Source: Malacoraja senta
Taxonomy: Eukaryota
Assembly: GCA_038087875.1 (NCBI GenBank)
Contig: CM075991.1
Span: 14,014,001 to 14,078,000 of the forward strand
Direction: 5' to 3'
Length of the DNA: 64,000 nucleotides
Part shown: piece after piece, positions 36,786 through 48,019 of the stretch
Position numbering within the stretch: position 1 is the stretch's first letter
How the letters are laid out: every line of letters begins with the position of its first letter
The notes under the pieces: generated by a model
The model's input: only the letters and a program-made list of their open reading frames with translations
The model's database searches: none
What the model was told of the DNA's origin: nothing
Made by a program: the position numbers and the translations under genes

Positions 36786-37231
36786 CAGGCAAGGAAATCG
36801 CTATCAAAACATGCGGGGAACACAATTTCTTGGCGGCCGCTCGCGTGCATGCGCATGCACACACGCGAGGCGTCGGCCGTGGGCCCTGTGGACGATAACA
36901 TCGGGAGCTGACCTGGTTGGTGACCGACTCCGAACTCCAGCAACAGCAGCTTCATCCGCCCCGAATCATGGGGCTTGAATCAGCCCATTCACGGGGCCTT
37001 TCATCGGCCGGCGGGGGCTTCAACATCGGGAGCCTCGATCGCCTCGATGCAGCAGTTCGATTTTAAGCCGCATCGGGCGCTGAAAGGCCCCACGAACGGG
37101 CCGATTAGAAAGCGTCTGATAAAGTCCAAATTTCAAAACATTGTCCCCCACCTCTCAAAGCATGAGAGTACCCCCCCCCCCCACGTCCCCCCCTCCGCCC
37201 ACCCCCGTCCCCCCAGGATTTCCGCCCCATG
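36786..37231. mobile_element. CpG-rich non-autonomous hAT-like element inserted in a CR1 fragment
   Basis: 8-bp TSD TACAGAGG/TAAAGAGG (36778-85, 37232-39); imperfect TIRs CAGGCAAGGAAATC / GATTTCCGCCCCATG. Confidence 0.55.
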
Positions 37232-38193
37232 TAAAGAGGATAGGGTGTGTTTGGAATGAGCTGCCAGAGGCTGGTACAATTATAATGTTTACAAGACAAC
37301 ATTGATGGAACGGAAAGATTTGGAGAGACACGGGCCAAATGTGGGCGACTGGGACTTTCTCAAGTAGACTCCTTGGTCAGCATGGACGAGTTGGGCCGAA
37401 GGGCCTGTTCTGTGCTGTATAAGGCGAGACTCCATGCACAATATTCATTGTCGTTGCTTATTGCCCCTGAAGTGAGGGGGCAAATGGCCATACACCATGT
37501 TGGTGGGTCTGGACCCACAAAGTCATGGACTCCTCGAGCTTGGACCAGCACCTCCACACCTATCATTTCCATCAAACTGTGTAGGAAGGAACTGCAGGTG
37601 CTGGTTTAAAACTGAAGATAGACACAAAATACTGGAGTAACTGACCGGGTCAGGCAGCATCTCTGGAGAGAAAGAATGGTTGACGATTCATTTCGAGACC
37701 CTTCTTCAGTCTGATATAATAGTAAGATTAAACGAGAACTTACCAGTTTGAAGTTTGATCTGTATTTTATGAGGAGTTACGATGAGGGATTACGTGAAGA
37801 GCCCGTCAAAGCAGCGGTGTGGAATCACAGGAAACGCAATAATTGAAATAAACATAGTAAAGAAAAGGAGAACTAAGATACCAGTTGATCTATAATCGAG
37901 GGTGGGAGCGGAGGGCACGTAATCCCTCATCGTAACTCCTCATAAAATACAGATTAAACTTCAAACTGGTAAGTTCTCGTTTAATCTTACTATTTTACTT
38001 CGGAGTCACGTGAGTGATACGTGAAGATTTTAAAGCTCTGTGATTTCAAACCGTGTAACAGTTCATACTTCACTCGCTGCCGAAGTCATTCAAGGGGGGA
38101 AGTATGTTATCGTAATCAACCATGAATCTGTTTGTAAACAATAATTGTATTTATTAAACAATAACAAAAGAAAAATGCTCCCCCGGGCTTAAA

Positions 38194-39177
38194 TTATATA
38201 TTTGCAGATTCTAAAATTCTTTCTGCAAATAACACAGGTTCTGCTAGCGGCTTATTGTAGAACGTTTGGAACGTTTTCTCCGTGGACCACCCCGCTGTAG
38301 CCAGGATGTGGTCCAGTGGTACGTCCATCCTTTTAGCCGCCGATGTGGATGCTGCCCTAGTGGAGTGAGATGAATATACGTCAGTGTCCACTCCAGCAGC
38401 TCCCAGTACCTGCTTTAGCCACCTTGAGATGGTTTGGCTCGACACCCGACCATGAGGTTTCTTGTGGCTGACCCATAAGGCTTTTTCTCTCCCTCGGGAA
38501 TCTCTTGTTGTGTTGATGTAAGTCAGTAGGTGAGTCATGACACACAACCGTGGGTCAGGTGGGTATGCCCGGAAATCCATAACTAGGCCTGAAGTTCCTG
38601 GCCTGCTCTGCTTTACCAGCTCCTGAATGGTGAATGATACCCGGTCTGGTGTTACCATGTTGTCCAGTCGCAGTAAGTGGAGGGACTGGACTCTTTGTGC
38701 TGAGACTAGTGCCATCAGCATGACCGTTTTCAAGGTTAGCTGTTCCAGAGTGAGAGACCTGGCTGGTGACCATCCCCTTAGGTATGTCAGGACCACACTG
38801 ACATCCCAGATTCTGGTGTATCTAGGTCTAGGGGGGTTAGAGTTGAATATACCCCTCATGAGTTTAATCACCAGTGGGTGAGACCCTATGGCCTGTTGTC
38901 CTGGCACCTGTTTTAAGTAGGCTGACAGAGCACTTCTGGCAATATTGATGGCGCTGTAGCTCAATCCTTCATTATGGTGAAGGCCGGCCAGGAACTCCAG
39001 TACATTGGTTATGGTTGCAGATGAGTACGTTGTCCCAGTATTCGAGCAGTATGTTTCCCACTTCCTGATGCTCGATAGGTATTGTTTCCTGGTGGACATA
39101 CGGTGGGACGCTGTCATCGTGTTGATGGTCCTGTCAGACAATCCCAGGCCCAGCAGTGGTCCTTTCATAACCTGCAA
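38194..39177 (-). CDS. DIRS tyrosine recombinase, 327 aa, intact
   Basis: SAM-like N-terminus (LSYSAINIARSALS), HPLV..LMRG, PRY..IWDV, catalytic R (SAQR), HSTR, AGW, FQTFY. Confidence 0.93.
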   Translation of the reverse strand: MQVMKGPLLGLGLSDRTINTMTASHRMSTRKQYLSSIRKWETYCSNTGTTYSSATITNVLEFLAGLHHNEGLSYSAINIARSALSAYLKQVPGQQAIGSHPLVIKLMRGIFNSNPPRPRYTRIWDVSVVLTYLRGWSPARSLTLEQLTLKTVMLMALVSAQRVQSLHLLRLDNMVTPDRVSFTIQELVKQSRPGTSGLVMDFRAYPPDPRLCVMTHLLTYINTTRDSRGREKALWVSHKKPHGRVSSQTISRWLKQVLGAAGVDTDVYSSHSTRAASTSAAKRMDVPLDHILATAGWSTEKTFQTFYNKPLAEPVLFAERILESANI

Positions 39178-41190
39178 CCCAGTAGGTTAATTTTGTCATG
39201 GCATGGATGACTTATGCCTGATACCGGGTGAGTCAGTAGGTCTGGGCTACTGGGAAAGGTCATAGGAGTTTCAATGACCATGTCGAGGACCACTGGGAAC
39301 CATGGCTGTGTAGGCCAGTCGGGTACTATCAAAATACCTGAAGCAGAGTCCAGCTGTATTTTGCATAGTACCCTACTGATGAGGCAGAAGGGGGGAAAAG
39401 CATAAAATAAATAGTTTCCCCAGTTCAGCGCGAATGCATCTATCGCTACTGCCTCAGGGTCTGGTTCCCAAGCGACATACATTGGTACCTGGTGAATTAG
39501 TCTGGATGCAAAGAGATCGATATCTGGTGTGCCATATTGGTTTGTAATTTTAGCAAAAGCTCTAGGATTTAACATCCATTCGGTGTTATTATTGAATTTG
39601 CGTGACCTGGTGTCTGCCACTGTATTTAGCTTACCTGGTAGGTAAGTTGCTGATAGCCAAATATGTCTATCGACACACCATTGCCAGATTTTGTTGACCA
39701 AATTGTCACATGATATCGATTTTATTCCGCCCATATGGTTAATATAGGCCACCACCGTGGTATTATCAATTTGTAAACGAACATGCAAATGGTGCATATC
39801 CGTGGAATATGCTTTTAAACCATAAAACGCACCCAACATTTCCAAGTAATTTATGCCCAGTGTTTGTAGTAAAGATGATTCTAGGTTAGTCCATCTACCA
39901 CCTGTGCTGGATATGGTATTAGTTGTTCCCCCAGCCTTGAGCACTGGCATCTGTTTGTATAATTAATGTTGGGTTATTGATGATGATAGGGCTGGAAACT
40001 ATGCCAAATGTGTTCTATCCACCATTGTAACTCTGATATTGCTTCAATGGGTAATTTCATGGTTCGGTCAAAGTGACCTGCATGTCGTTTCAATGCCTGT
40101 ACTTTTGCCCTTTGTAGGTTCTGATAGTGCAGGGGTCCAAATTGTGTAGCTGGAAATGCTGCTACCATTTTGCCAATTACTCTTGCCACTTGTCGAATGG
40201 TTGGTCGATTGCTTACCATTAAATTGTTACACGTCTGTGCCAATTCTGCTGCTTTATCTTTTGGCAACGTTACAGACATGTGGACTGAGTTAATTGTGAA
40301 TCCCAGATAGTCCATAGTTGTGGATGGCGTCAACTTAGATTTATCTGGATGTATGACAAATCCCAGGGTTTCAAACAATCGTTTGGTAGCTAATACAGCT
40401 GATTTAGCCAACTCCATGGTTTTGCCTACTATTAGGATATCATCAAGATATGCCATGACAATATGTCTTTGTTTTCTTAATGTTGCCAAGGCTGGTTTTA
40501 ATATCTTGGTAAATAGTCTAGGAGCTGATGTTAACCCATTAGGCAACGCTTTTATACTGCCATAGTTGCCCCATCCAGGTAAATTTCAGGTATCTGCGAT
40601 GACCCTTGTGAATGGGTACTGAATAGTAGGCATCTTTTAAATCAATGCTTGCCATAAAGTATCCTTTGGAAATCAGTTGTTTGGCAGTTACAAATGTTTC
40701 CATTTTGAAATGTACATACTTAACAAAGGTATTTAGTGAGGTTAAGTCAATGATGATGCGACATCCACCATATTTTTTTGCTTTTGGTAAATATATTTGA
40801 GACAAATTCCAAAGGTTCATGTTTGGATTTCTCAATGAAACCCTTTGTAAGTAACCTCCCCAGTTCTGCTTGAGCCTCTAGTTTTTCTTTGACTGAGAGG
40901 GTAAAGACCCTTTGGGGTACGTGCTGAACTGGTGGCATGTTTTCTTGAATGAACTCTATTTTGTATCCACGAATACTGTTACGTATATAACTATCATTCG
41001 TGAGAGACCTCCATGCGTCAATGAACAGGTGTAATCTCCTCCCTGTTAGTACAGTTCCCCCACTTTTTATATGCTGGTAGGAACCAGACCCACCTACCTC
41101 CATAGTTATGGGAGTGTTCATTGCTTCTGTTTCTTCATCCGCCGTTGTACTACTGGATGTCCTGTTGGTTGGGGGTGGCGCATTTTCCAT
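39165..41190 (-). CDS. DIRS pol (RT, RNase H, DAM-like methyltransferase), split by four +1 frameshifts
   Basis: RIIIDL, SIDLKDAY, LPNGLTSAPRLFTK, YLDD, YLGF, QTDAS..GWG, INYLE, DNTTVVAYINHMGG, NTVADTRSR, DIDLFAS, YAFPPF, PDWPTQPWFP. Confidence 0.9.
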
Positions 41191-42503
41191 GGGGTCCGCT
41201 CTGGGCCCTGGCCTAAAAAAGGCTTTCGGGGATGGAATGCGGACCCCGAGCTTTCACCAGTCCGGAATGTTTGTCTTCGACTGGTGGACGCGGTGGGGTA
41301 CTGCCGTCTGGGTTGTGTGGGTATGCTCGTTCCGGGGTCTGCCCTCATGAGGCTAAATGCTTTGGCCTCGTCCTCCAGGTCTTTTACCTGTTTTGTTAAG
41401 TCCTTCCCGAATAACAGGATCTGTGGCTCTGAGGCCGGTGTTTTACACAGTCCTGCATACCTGGGATTGAGGGCAGGTCTTATTATCTCCTTGCGGAGGT
41501 TGTTGATCTCGTATTGGGTGTTGCACAGCAGAGCCAGAGTGTCTTGCTGGTTTGTGGTCATATCCACCCCATCCACGGAACGAGCATAGGATGTTATCCC
41601 TGTTGTCAGGAGCTTGAGGATGCGTTGTAATTTTAGCTCCTGGCTCCGGATACTCTGTCCAACATACCCCCAGATTTGGCTGTTAACGGCCGGTACATTA
41701 AGCGAACTGCAGTTCTCCGGAGGCGAGTAGAGTTCTAGTGCCTCATTAAGTACCTGATCTTGTAGGGGTTTGAGGGACAGGTGGTTAATGCTGGCCGCCA
41801 GTTTTGGCTCCAATGGTCGCCCTGCTCGTGGTGTAGCCACGTAGCGATTCACCGCACCCAGCAGCTCTTCCTGATCCTGTACCTCAAGCGTACTCCCGAC
41901 ATCTTCAGCCAATGACCCCTGTTCCTGACCAGCCCAGTCCTGGTCGCCAACGCTGCCCTCGGCTGAGGGGGAAGCAATGGCCAGTGCATTGTAAGGCACT
42001 GCTGTGGGAGTGCCTGAACCCCCTTTGCGAGACTGCTCCAGGTCCCGAAGCAAGTCTCGCTGGAGCAGTTGCTCCATGAGCCTTTCCATTCGGCTCAGGC
42101 GGCTAGTTCTGCCGCTCTCAGGCGGACCCTCCTCATCGGAGTCAGACATAACCGGCCGGTCTGTTTTTTGTCTTGATTTGCCTCCAGCCCGCTGCTGCTC
42201 CTCAGGCTGCGCTAGTGGTACTGGGCTCAGGTCGGTCTCGATGAGGGTGGACCGCAGCATGAGCGGTCCAGGTGCCGCCTCTCGCCCCCCACTGATGGGA
42301 CCCTCCGGTTCTGTTGGAGTCGAACGGGGGGCGGTTTTCTTTGCTTGCCGTGCTTTACTCATTTTCCCAGTTTTACCTGGAATTACAGAGCAGAGCAAGC
42401 TTGCTATTACGACCTCAGAGTAAGTACTTTTTAAACTTGTAGCGGGAGCGCCTTGTACTCCCGTTCGTCGCTGTTGCACTGCGTGAACGCTAATTTCGCG
42501 CAT
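41118..42503 (-). CDS. DIRS ORF1 (gag-like); probable start at MSKARQAKK (~42362)
   Basis: Open 461-codon frame in the gag position; PENCSSLNVPAVNSQIW and LRKEIIRPALN...LLFG motifs typical of DIRS ORF1. Confidence 0.8.
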   Translation of the reverse strand: MREISVHAVQQRRTGVQGAPATSLKSTYSEVVIASLLCSVIPGKTGKMSKARQAKKTAPRSTPTEPEGPISGGREAAPGPLMLRSTLIETDLSPVPLAQPEEQQRAGGKSRQKTDRPVMSDSDEEGPPESGRTSRLSRMERLMEQLLQRDLLRDLEQSRKGGSGTPTAVPYNALAIASPSAEGSVGDQDWAGQEQGSLAEDVGSTLEVQDQEELLGAVNRYVATPRAGRPLEPKLAASINHLSLKPLQDQVLNEALELYSPPENCSSLNVPAVNSQIWGYVGQSIRSQELKLQRILKLLTTGITSYARSVDGVDMTTNQQDTLALLCNTQYEINNLRKEIIRPALNPRYAGLCKTPASEPQILLFGKDLTKQVKDLEDEAKAFSLMRADPGTSIPTQPRRQYPTASTSRRQTFRTGESSGSAFHPRKPFLGQGPERTPWKMRHPQPTGHPVVQRRMKKQKQ

Positions 42504-42604
42504 GCGTGCTGGACGGGCTCTTCACGTAGTCACTCACGTGACTCCGAAGTAAAATAAAACAATAATACATCTAAACCGAAATACCCTTCCTATACCCTTG
42601 GACC

Positions 42605-43610
42605 CTCGGTGCTGGGACCCCAGTTAATCACAATATATATTATCGATTTAGACGAAGGAATTAAATGTGACATCTCCAAGTTTGCAGATGACACAAAGCT
42701 GGGTGGCAGTGTGAGCTGTGATGAGGATGCTATGAGGCTGCAGGGTGACTTGGATAGGTTGGGTGAGTGGGCAGATGCAAGGCAGATGCAGTATAATGTG
42801 GATAAATGAGAGGTTATCCACTTTGGTGGCAAGAACAGGAAGGCAGATTATTATCTGCATGGTGTCAGATTAAGAAAAGGGGAGGTGCAACGAGACCTAG
42901 GAGTCCTTGTACATCAGTCACTGAAAGTAAGCATGCAGGTACAGCAGGCAATGACATGTTGGCTTTCATTGCTAGAGGATTTGAGTTTAGGAGCAAGAAG
43001 GTCCTACTGCAGTTGTACAGGGTCCTGGTGAGACCGCACCTGGAGTATTGTGTGCAATTTTGCTCTCCTAATTTGAGGGTGGACATTCTTACTGTTGAGG
43101 GAGTGCAGCGTAGGTTCACCAGGTTAATTCCCGGGATGGCGGGACTGACATATGATGAAAGAATGGATTGAGTGGACTTACTGTATATCCACTGGGATTT
43201 AGAAGGATGAGAGGATATCTTATAGAAACATATACAATTCTTAAGCGATTGGACAGGCTAGATGCAGGAAAAATGTTCCCAATATTGGGGGAGTCGAGAA
43301 CCAGGGGTCACAGTTTAAGAATAAGGGGTAGGCCATTTAGGACTGAGATGAGGAAAAACGTTTTCACCCAGAGAGGCGTGAATCTGTGGAGTTCTCTGCC
43401 ACAGAAGGCAGTGGAGGCCAATTCACTGGATGTTTTCAAGAGAGAGTTAGATATAGCTCTTAGGGCTAAAGAAATCAAGGGACATGGGGAGAAGGCTGGA
43501 ACGGGGTACTGATTGTGGATGATCAGCCATGATCATATTGAATGGCGGTGCTGGCTTGAAGGGCCGAATGGCCTACTCCTGCACCTATTTTCAATGTTTC
43601 TATGTTTCTA
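42605..43610 (+). mobile_element. CR1 LINE 3' portion (RT C-half), decayed
   Basis: SVLGPQL, ISKFADDTKLGG, VRPHLEYCVQF, TRGHSL; (CTATGTTT)n tail. Confidence 0.9.
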
Positions 43611-43818
43611 TCATTGGTTGACCAATGCAGCCCAACCAAAGCTTTAAACAGGTCGGGGTTCAACCCTGACTTCCAGTGCTGTCCGTGTGGAGTTTGCACC
43701 TTCTCCCTGTGACAGTGTGGGTTTCCTCCGGGTGCTCCAGTTTCCTCCCACATCCCAAAGACGTGCAGGCTAGTAGGTTCATTGACCTTTGTAAATGTCC
43801 CCCCGTGCTGGAAGAAGT

Positions 43819-43846
43819 CTGAAGAAGGGTCTCGACCCGAAACGTC
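43819..43846 (+). ncRNA. Minimal hammerhead-ribozyme-like motif
   Basis: CTGAAGAAGGGTCTCGACCCGAAACGTC, identical to 5478-5505. Confidence 0.65.
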
Positions 43847-44272
43847 ACCCGTTCCTTCTCTCCAGAGACGCTGCCTGTCCCGCTGAGTTACTCCAGCTTT
43901 TTGTGTCTATCTTCGGTTTAAACCAGCATCTGCAGTTCCTTCCTACACATTAAGTACGGTATTATCTGGTCTGGTTGGGGAGCCTTCAACAACGTTTTTC
44001 ACTGTACTTTAGTAGGTGTCAATATTAAACATGAAGTTAAACCTAAAGCTGTGATGAAACAGCAGGCCGTGGTCAACCCCAGCTTATGTTAATAACATAG
44101 CTTCCTGTACAGGCTCAGAAACAACAGCTGGGTGGAAACCCTGCCACAAAAACCATCTGAAAGAACCCAAACGAACAAAGGAATTAAACGAGAACATTCT
44201 GTGCTCAATAAGTCACGTTGTTCCGGCTGAGAAGCCAAGAGCACATTCCTTTAAATGTCACAAACACTTCCA

Positions 44273-44580
44273 GTTTAGTTTAGTTCAGAGATATACGACG
44301 TGCAAACGGGCCCTACGGCCCACCTAGTCCGCACCAACCAGCGATCGCCCGTACACCAGTTCCATCCTACACGTTGGAGACAATTTACAGAAGCCAATTA
44401 TTAAACTACAAACCTGCACCACTTTGGGATGTGGGAGGAAACCGGAGCACCCGGGGAAAACCCACGTGGTCACAGGGAGAAGGTACAAACTCCATTCAGA
44501 CAGCACCCGTAGTCAGGTTCGAACTTGGGTCTCTGGCGCTGTGAGGCAGCAACTCTACCATAACGCCACCGTGCCACCCT
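44273..44580 (-). mobile_element. V-SINE, full length
   Basis: Head, V-domain and tail. Confidence 0.8.
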
Positions 44581-45794
44581 AAATTGCCAAGCATTTTTCT
44601 GGCTCATGGTCTCTGAACTGAAGATGGAGCCAGCTTTGCTCTTAGTGTACGTCACATTGTGACATTAGCTTAACGTTGCAGAATCTGGATTTTATTTATT
44701 ATTGTCAAGTACGCTGAGACACGGTGAAAAACATTGTTGTTGCATGCTATTCTGTAAGTCAGATTGGAGTTTGCATGTTCGCCCTGAGACCACGTGGGTT
44801 TCTTCCCCTCCATTGACTCCATCTACACCTCACGCTGCCTTGGCAAGGCCAGCAGCATAATCAGGGACCAGTCTCGCTCAGTCACTCCTCTTCTCCCCTC
44901 TCCCATCAGGCAAGAGGTATTGAAGTGTGAAAACGCACACCTCCATACCACTCCCTCTCTCCCTATCCCTCCCCCTTCCCAGTTCTCCGACAAGTCTGAC
45001 ATTTTATCTCTGTTTGCTTTGTTGTTACCATCTCCTAGCTAACAATGATCTAATCTACATGTTTCTTGATCGACATCCCCTTTGTCTCATTTTCACACCT
45101 CACATTTCCTTATCTCTGTATCTCCCGCTCCCCTGATTCAGTTTGAAGAAGGATCTCGACCTGAAACATCACCTGTTCCTTCTATCCAGAGACGCTGCCT
45201 GTCCCGCTGAGTTACTCCAGCGCTTTGTGTCTAACGCCAGATTCAGAGACAGTTTCTTCCCTGCTGTTATCAGGCAACTGAGCCATCCTACTAACAACAC
45301 GAGCGCAGTCCTGACCTACTATCTACCTCATTGGAGACCTTTGACCTATCTTCAATCTGACTTTTCAGCACTAAATGTTATATCTTGCACAAATGTTGTA
45401 CTTTTGTCCTTTATGTGTGGACTGTGAATGGCTTATGGTATTTATTTTAAGTCTTTTCTTTGACTGGATTGCATGCAAAGAAAAGCTTTCCACTCTACCA
45501 CGATACTCACGACAATAATAAACTAAAGAAGGGTCTGGACCTGAAACGTCACCCAATCCTTCTCTCAAGAGACGCTGCCTGAGTTACTCCACCATTTTGT
45601 GTCTATCTTCAAACTAAAACCAAACTAGCATGAACGGGCTATCGAAGATGGCCGTGGATTTAATGGGCTGATGGGCCTGTTTCCATGCTTCATCTCGAAA
45701 CTAAACTAAAAACTCAGTAACTCAGTAACTCAGTGGGTCAGGCAGCATCTCTGGAGAAAGGGAACAAGTAAAGTTTTGGGTCAAGAGTTCTAGA

Positions 45795-46152
45795 GAGTTT
45801 ATTGTCATGTGTCCCTGATAGGACAATGACATTCTTGATTTGCTTCAGCACAACAGGATATAGTAGGCACGAATACAGAACAGATCAGTGTGTCCATATA
45901 CCATTGTATAAATATATACACACATGAATAAATTAACTGATAAAGAGCAAATAAACAGATTATGGGCTATTAATGTTCAGAGTTTTGTCCGAGCCGAGTT
46001 TAACAGCCTGATGGCTGTGGGGAAGTAGCTATTCCTGAACCTGGTCGTTGCAGTCTTCAGGCTCCTGTACCTTCTACCTGAAGGTAGTGGGGAGATGAGT
46101 GTGTGGCCCGGATGGTGTGGGTCCTTTATGATGCTGCCAGCCTTTTTGAGGT
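45795..46152 (-). mobile_element. Rex1/Babar 3' fragment (same family as 3006-3990)
   Basis: KKAGSIIKDPHHPGHTLISPLPSGRRYRSLKTATTRFRNSYFPTAIRLLN. Confidence 0.85.
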
Positions 46153-46182
46153 CGAGACCCTTCTTCAGACTATTTTGTTTCT

Positions 46183-46443
46183 GCGTGATGCTGGCCTGGT
46201 ACTCATCTGTGGGACCATGGTCCAGGGGTAAGTAGGAGGAGGTGTCTGTGAGCTGGCGCCTGTCCTCAGTGTGGTCGAGGTCAGCTCGCCAGACTACCAC
46301 GGCACCTCCCTTGTAAGCGGGTTTGATGATAATGTCGGGGTTACTGCAGAGTGAGGAGGGGGCTGTGGGTTCAGAGGGGGTGAGGTTAGAGTAGGTAAGG
46401 GGAGTGGTTGAGCCAAGATGGTTGATGTCACGCCAGCAGTTAG
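46183..46443 (-). mobile_element. Penelope-like RT fragment
   Basis: IIIKPAYKGGAVVVWRADL...DTSSYLPLDHGPTDEYQAS, homologous to ~48035-48300. Confidence 0.8.
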
Positions 46444-46812
46444 AAACATAGAATCATAGAAAATACGTGCCATTCAGCCCTTCCAGCCAGCACCGCCATT
46501 CAATATGATCATGGCTGATCATCCAGAATCAGTACCCAATTCCTGCTTTCTCACCAGATCCCTTGATTCCGTTAGCCCTAAGAGCTAAATCTAACTCTCT
46601 CTTGAAAACATCCAGTGAATTGGCCTCCACTGTCAATTCACTGCAGAGAATTCCACAGATTCACAACTCTCAGGGTGAAAACGTTTTTCCTCATCTCAGT
46701 CCTAAATGGCCTTCCCCTTATTCTTAAACTGTGTGACCCCTGGTTCTGGACTCCCCCAACATCGGGAACATTTTTCCTGAAAATTAGAAAGGTCTGAAGA
46801 AGGGTCTCTACC

Positions 46813-47472
46813 GAATGGTATGTTGGCCTTCATAGCAAGAGGATTTGAGTATAGGAGCAGGGAGGTTCTACTGCAGTTGTACAGGGTCTTGGTGAGACCA
46901 CACCTGGAGTATTGCGTACAGTTTTGGTCTCCAAATCTGAGGAAGGACATTATAGCCATAGAGGGAGTGCAGAGAAGGTTCACCAGACTGATTCCTGGGA
47001 TGTCAGGACTTTCATATGAAGAAAGACTGGATAGACTTGGCTTATACTCGCTAGAATTTAGGAGATTGAGAGGGGATCTTATAGAAACGTACAAAATTCT
47101 TATGGGGTTGGACAGGCTAGATGCAGGAAGATTGTTCCCGATGTTGGGGAAGTCCAGGACAAGAGGTCACAGCTTAAGGATAAGGGGGAAATCCTTTAAG
47201 ACTGAGATGAGGAAAAACTTTTTCACACAGAGAGTGGTGAATCTCTGGAACTCTCTGCCACAGAGGGTAGTTGAGGCCAGTTCATTGGCTATATTTAAGA
47301 GGGAGTTAGATGTGGCCCTTGTGGCTAAGGGGATCAGGGGGTATGGAGAGAAGGCAGGTACGGGATACTGAGTTGGATGATCAGCCATGATCATATTGAA
47401 TGGCGGTGCAGGCTCGAAGGGCCGAATGGCCTACTCCTGCACCTATTTTCTATGTATCTATGTATCTATGTA
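46813..47472 (+). mobile_element. CR1 LINE 3' fragment with an open C-terminal ORF
   Basis: ORF 46820-47371; 3' UTR and (CTATGTAT)n tail. Confidence 0.9.
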
Positions 47473-48019
47473 CCCGAAACATCACCAATGCCTTTTCGCC
47501 AGGGATGCTGCCTGACCTGCTGAATAGCTCCAGCATTTTGCGTCTATCTTCGGTGTAAACCAGCATCTGCAGTTCCTTCCTGCCCTATAAGTCCTATAGA
47601 TAGACACAGAAAGCTGGAGTGACTCAGCGGGTCAGATAGCATCTCTGGAGAAAAGGAATAGGTGACGTTTCGGGTTGAGAACCTTCTTCAGACCTTCAGT
47701 TCCTTCCGACACTTCAAGTCCGGTGTTTGGTGACTACTTCTTCCTGCAGTCTCTAGATGGCAGTATCGCTCCACAGCATCCTGGTCACCATCCCACACTG
47801 CAAGCCTCCTGGACCAGCAGTCATTGGAAACACAGTGGAGAATGCCACTTGTGATGCTGGGGAATATTGACCAGCCTATCCCATGCAACTGAGAACCACT
47901 GCAAACCACTCATCAAATCTCCTTGCTACATCAAAGAACCTTTATTGAGCCATGTATCGCAAGGCAGAATGCAGCACTCTCTCAAGATTAGTTTAATATG
48001 ATCATGGCTGATCATCCAT

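Larger units (their letters stand above)
37718..42554 (-). mobile_element. DIRS1-like YR retrotransposon B, full length, near intact
   Basis: gag, RT-RNaseH-MT and YR ORFs. ITR core TACGTGAAGAGCCCGTC (37791-37807) is inverted at 42512-42528. ICR 37916-38027 is complementary to both termini (37718-37796 and 42519-42554). Confidence 0.96.

Noticed and set aside
38194..39177. Phage integrase or bacterial contamination
   Set aside because: The YR lies inside a gag-pol-YR DIRS architecture with ITR/ICR, embedded among vertebrate repeats
47750..47871. Coding exon after CTTCTTCCTGCAG
   Set aside because: Short frame with a stop, no convincing donor and no recognisable protein
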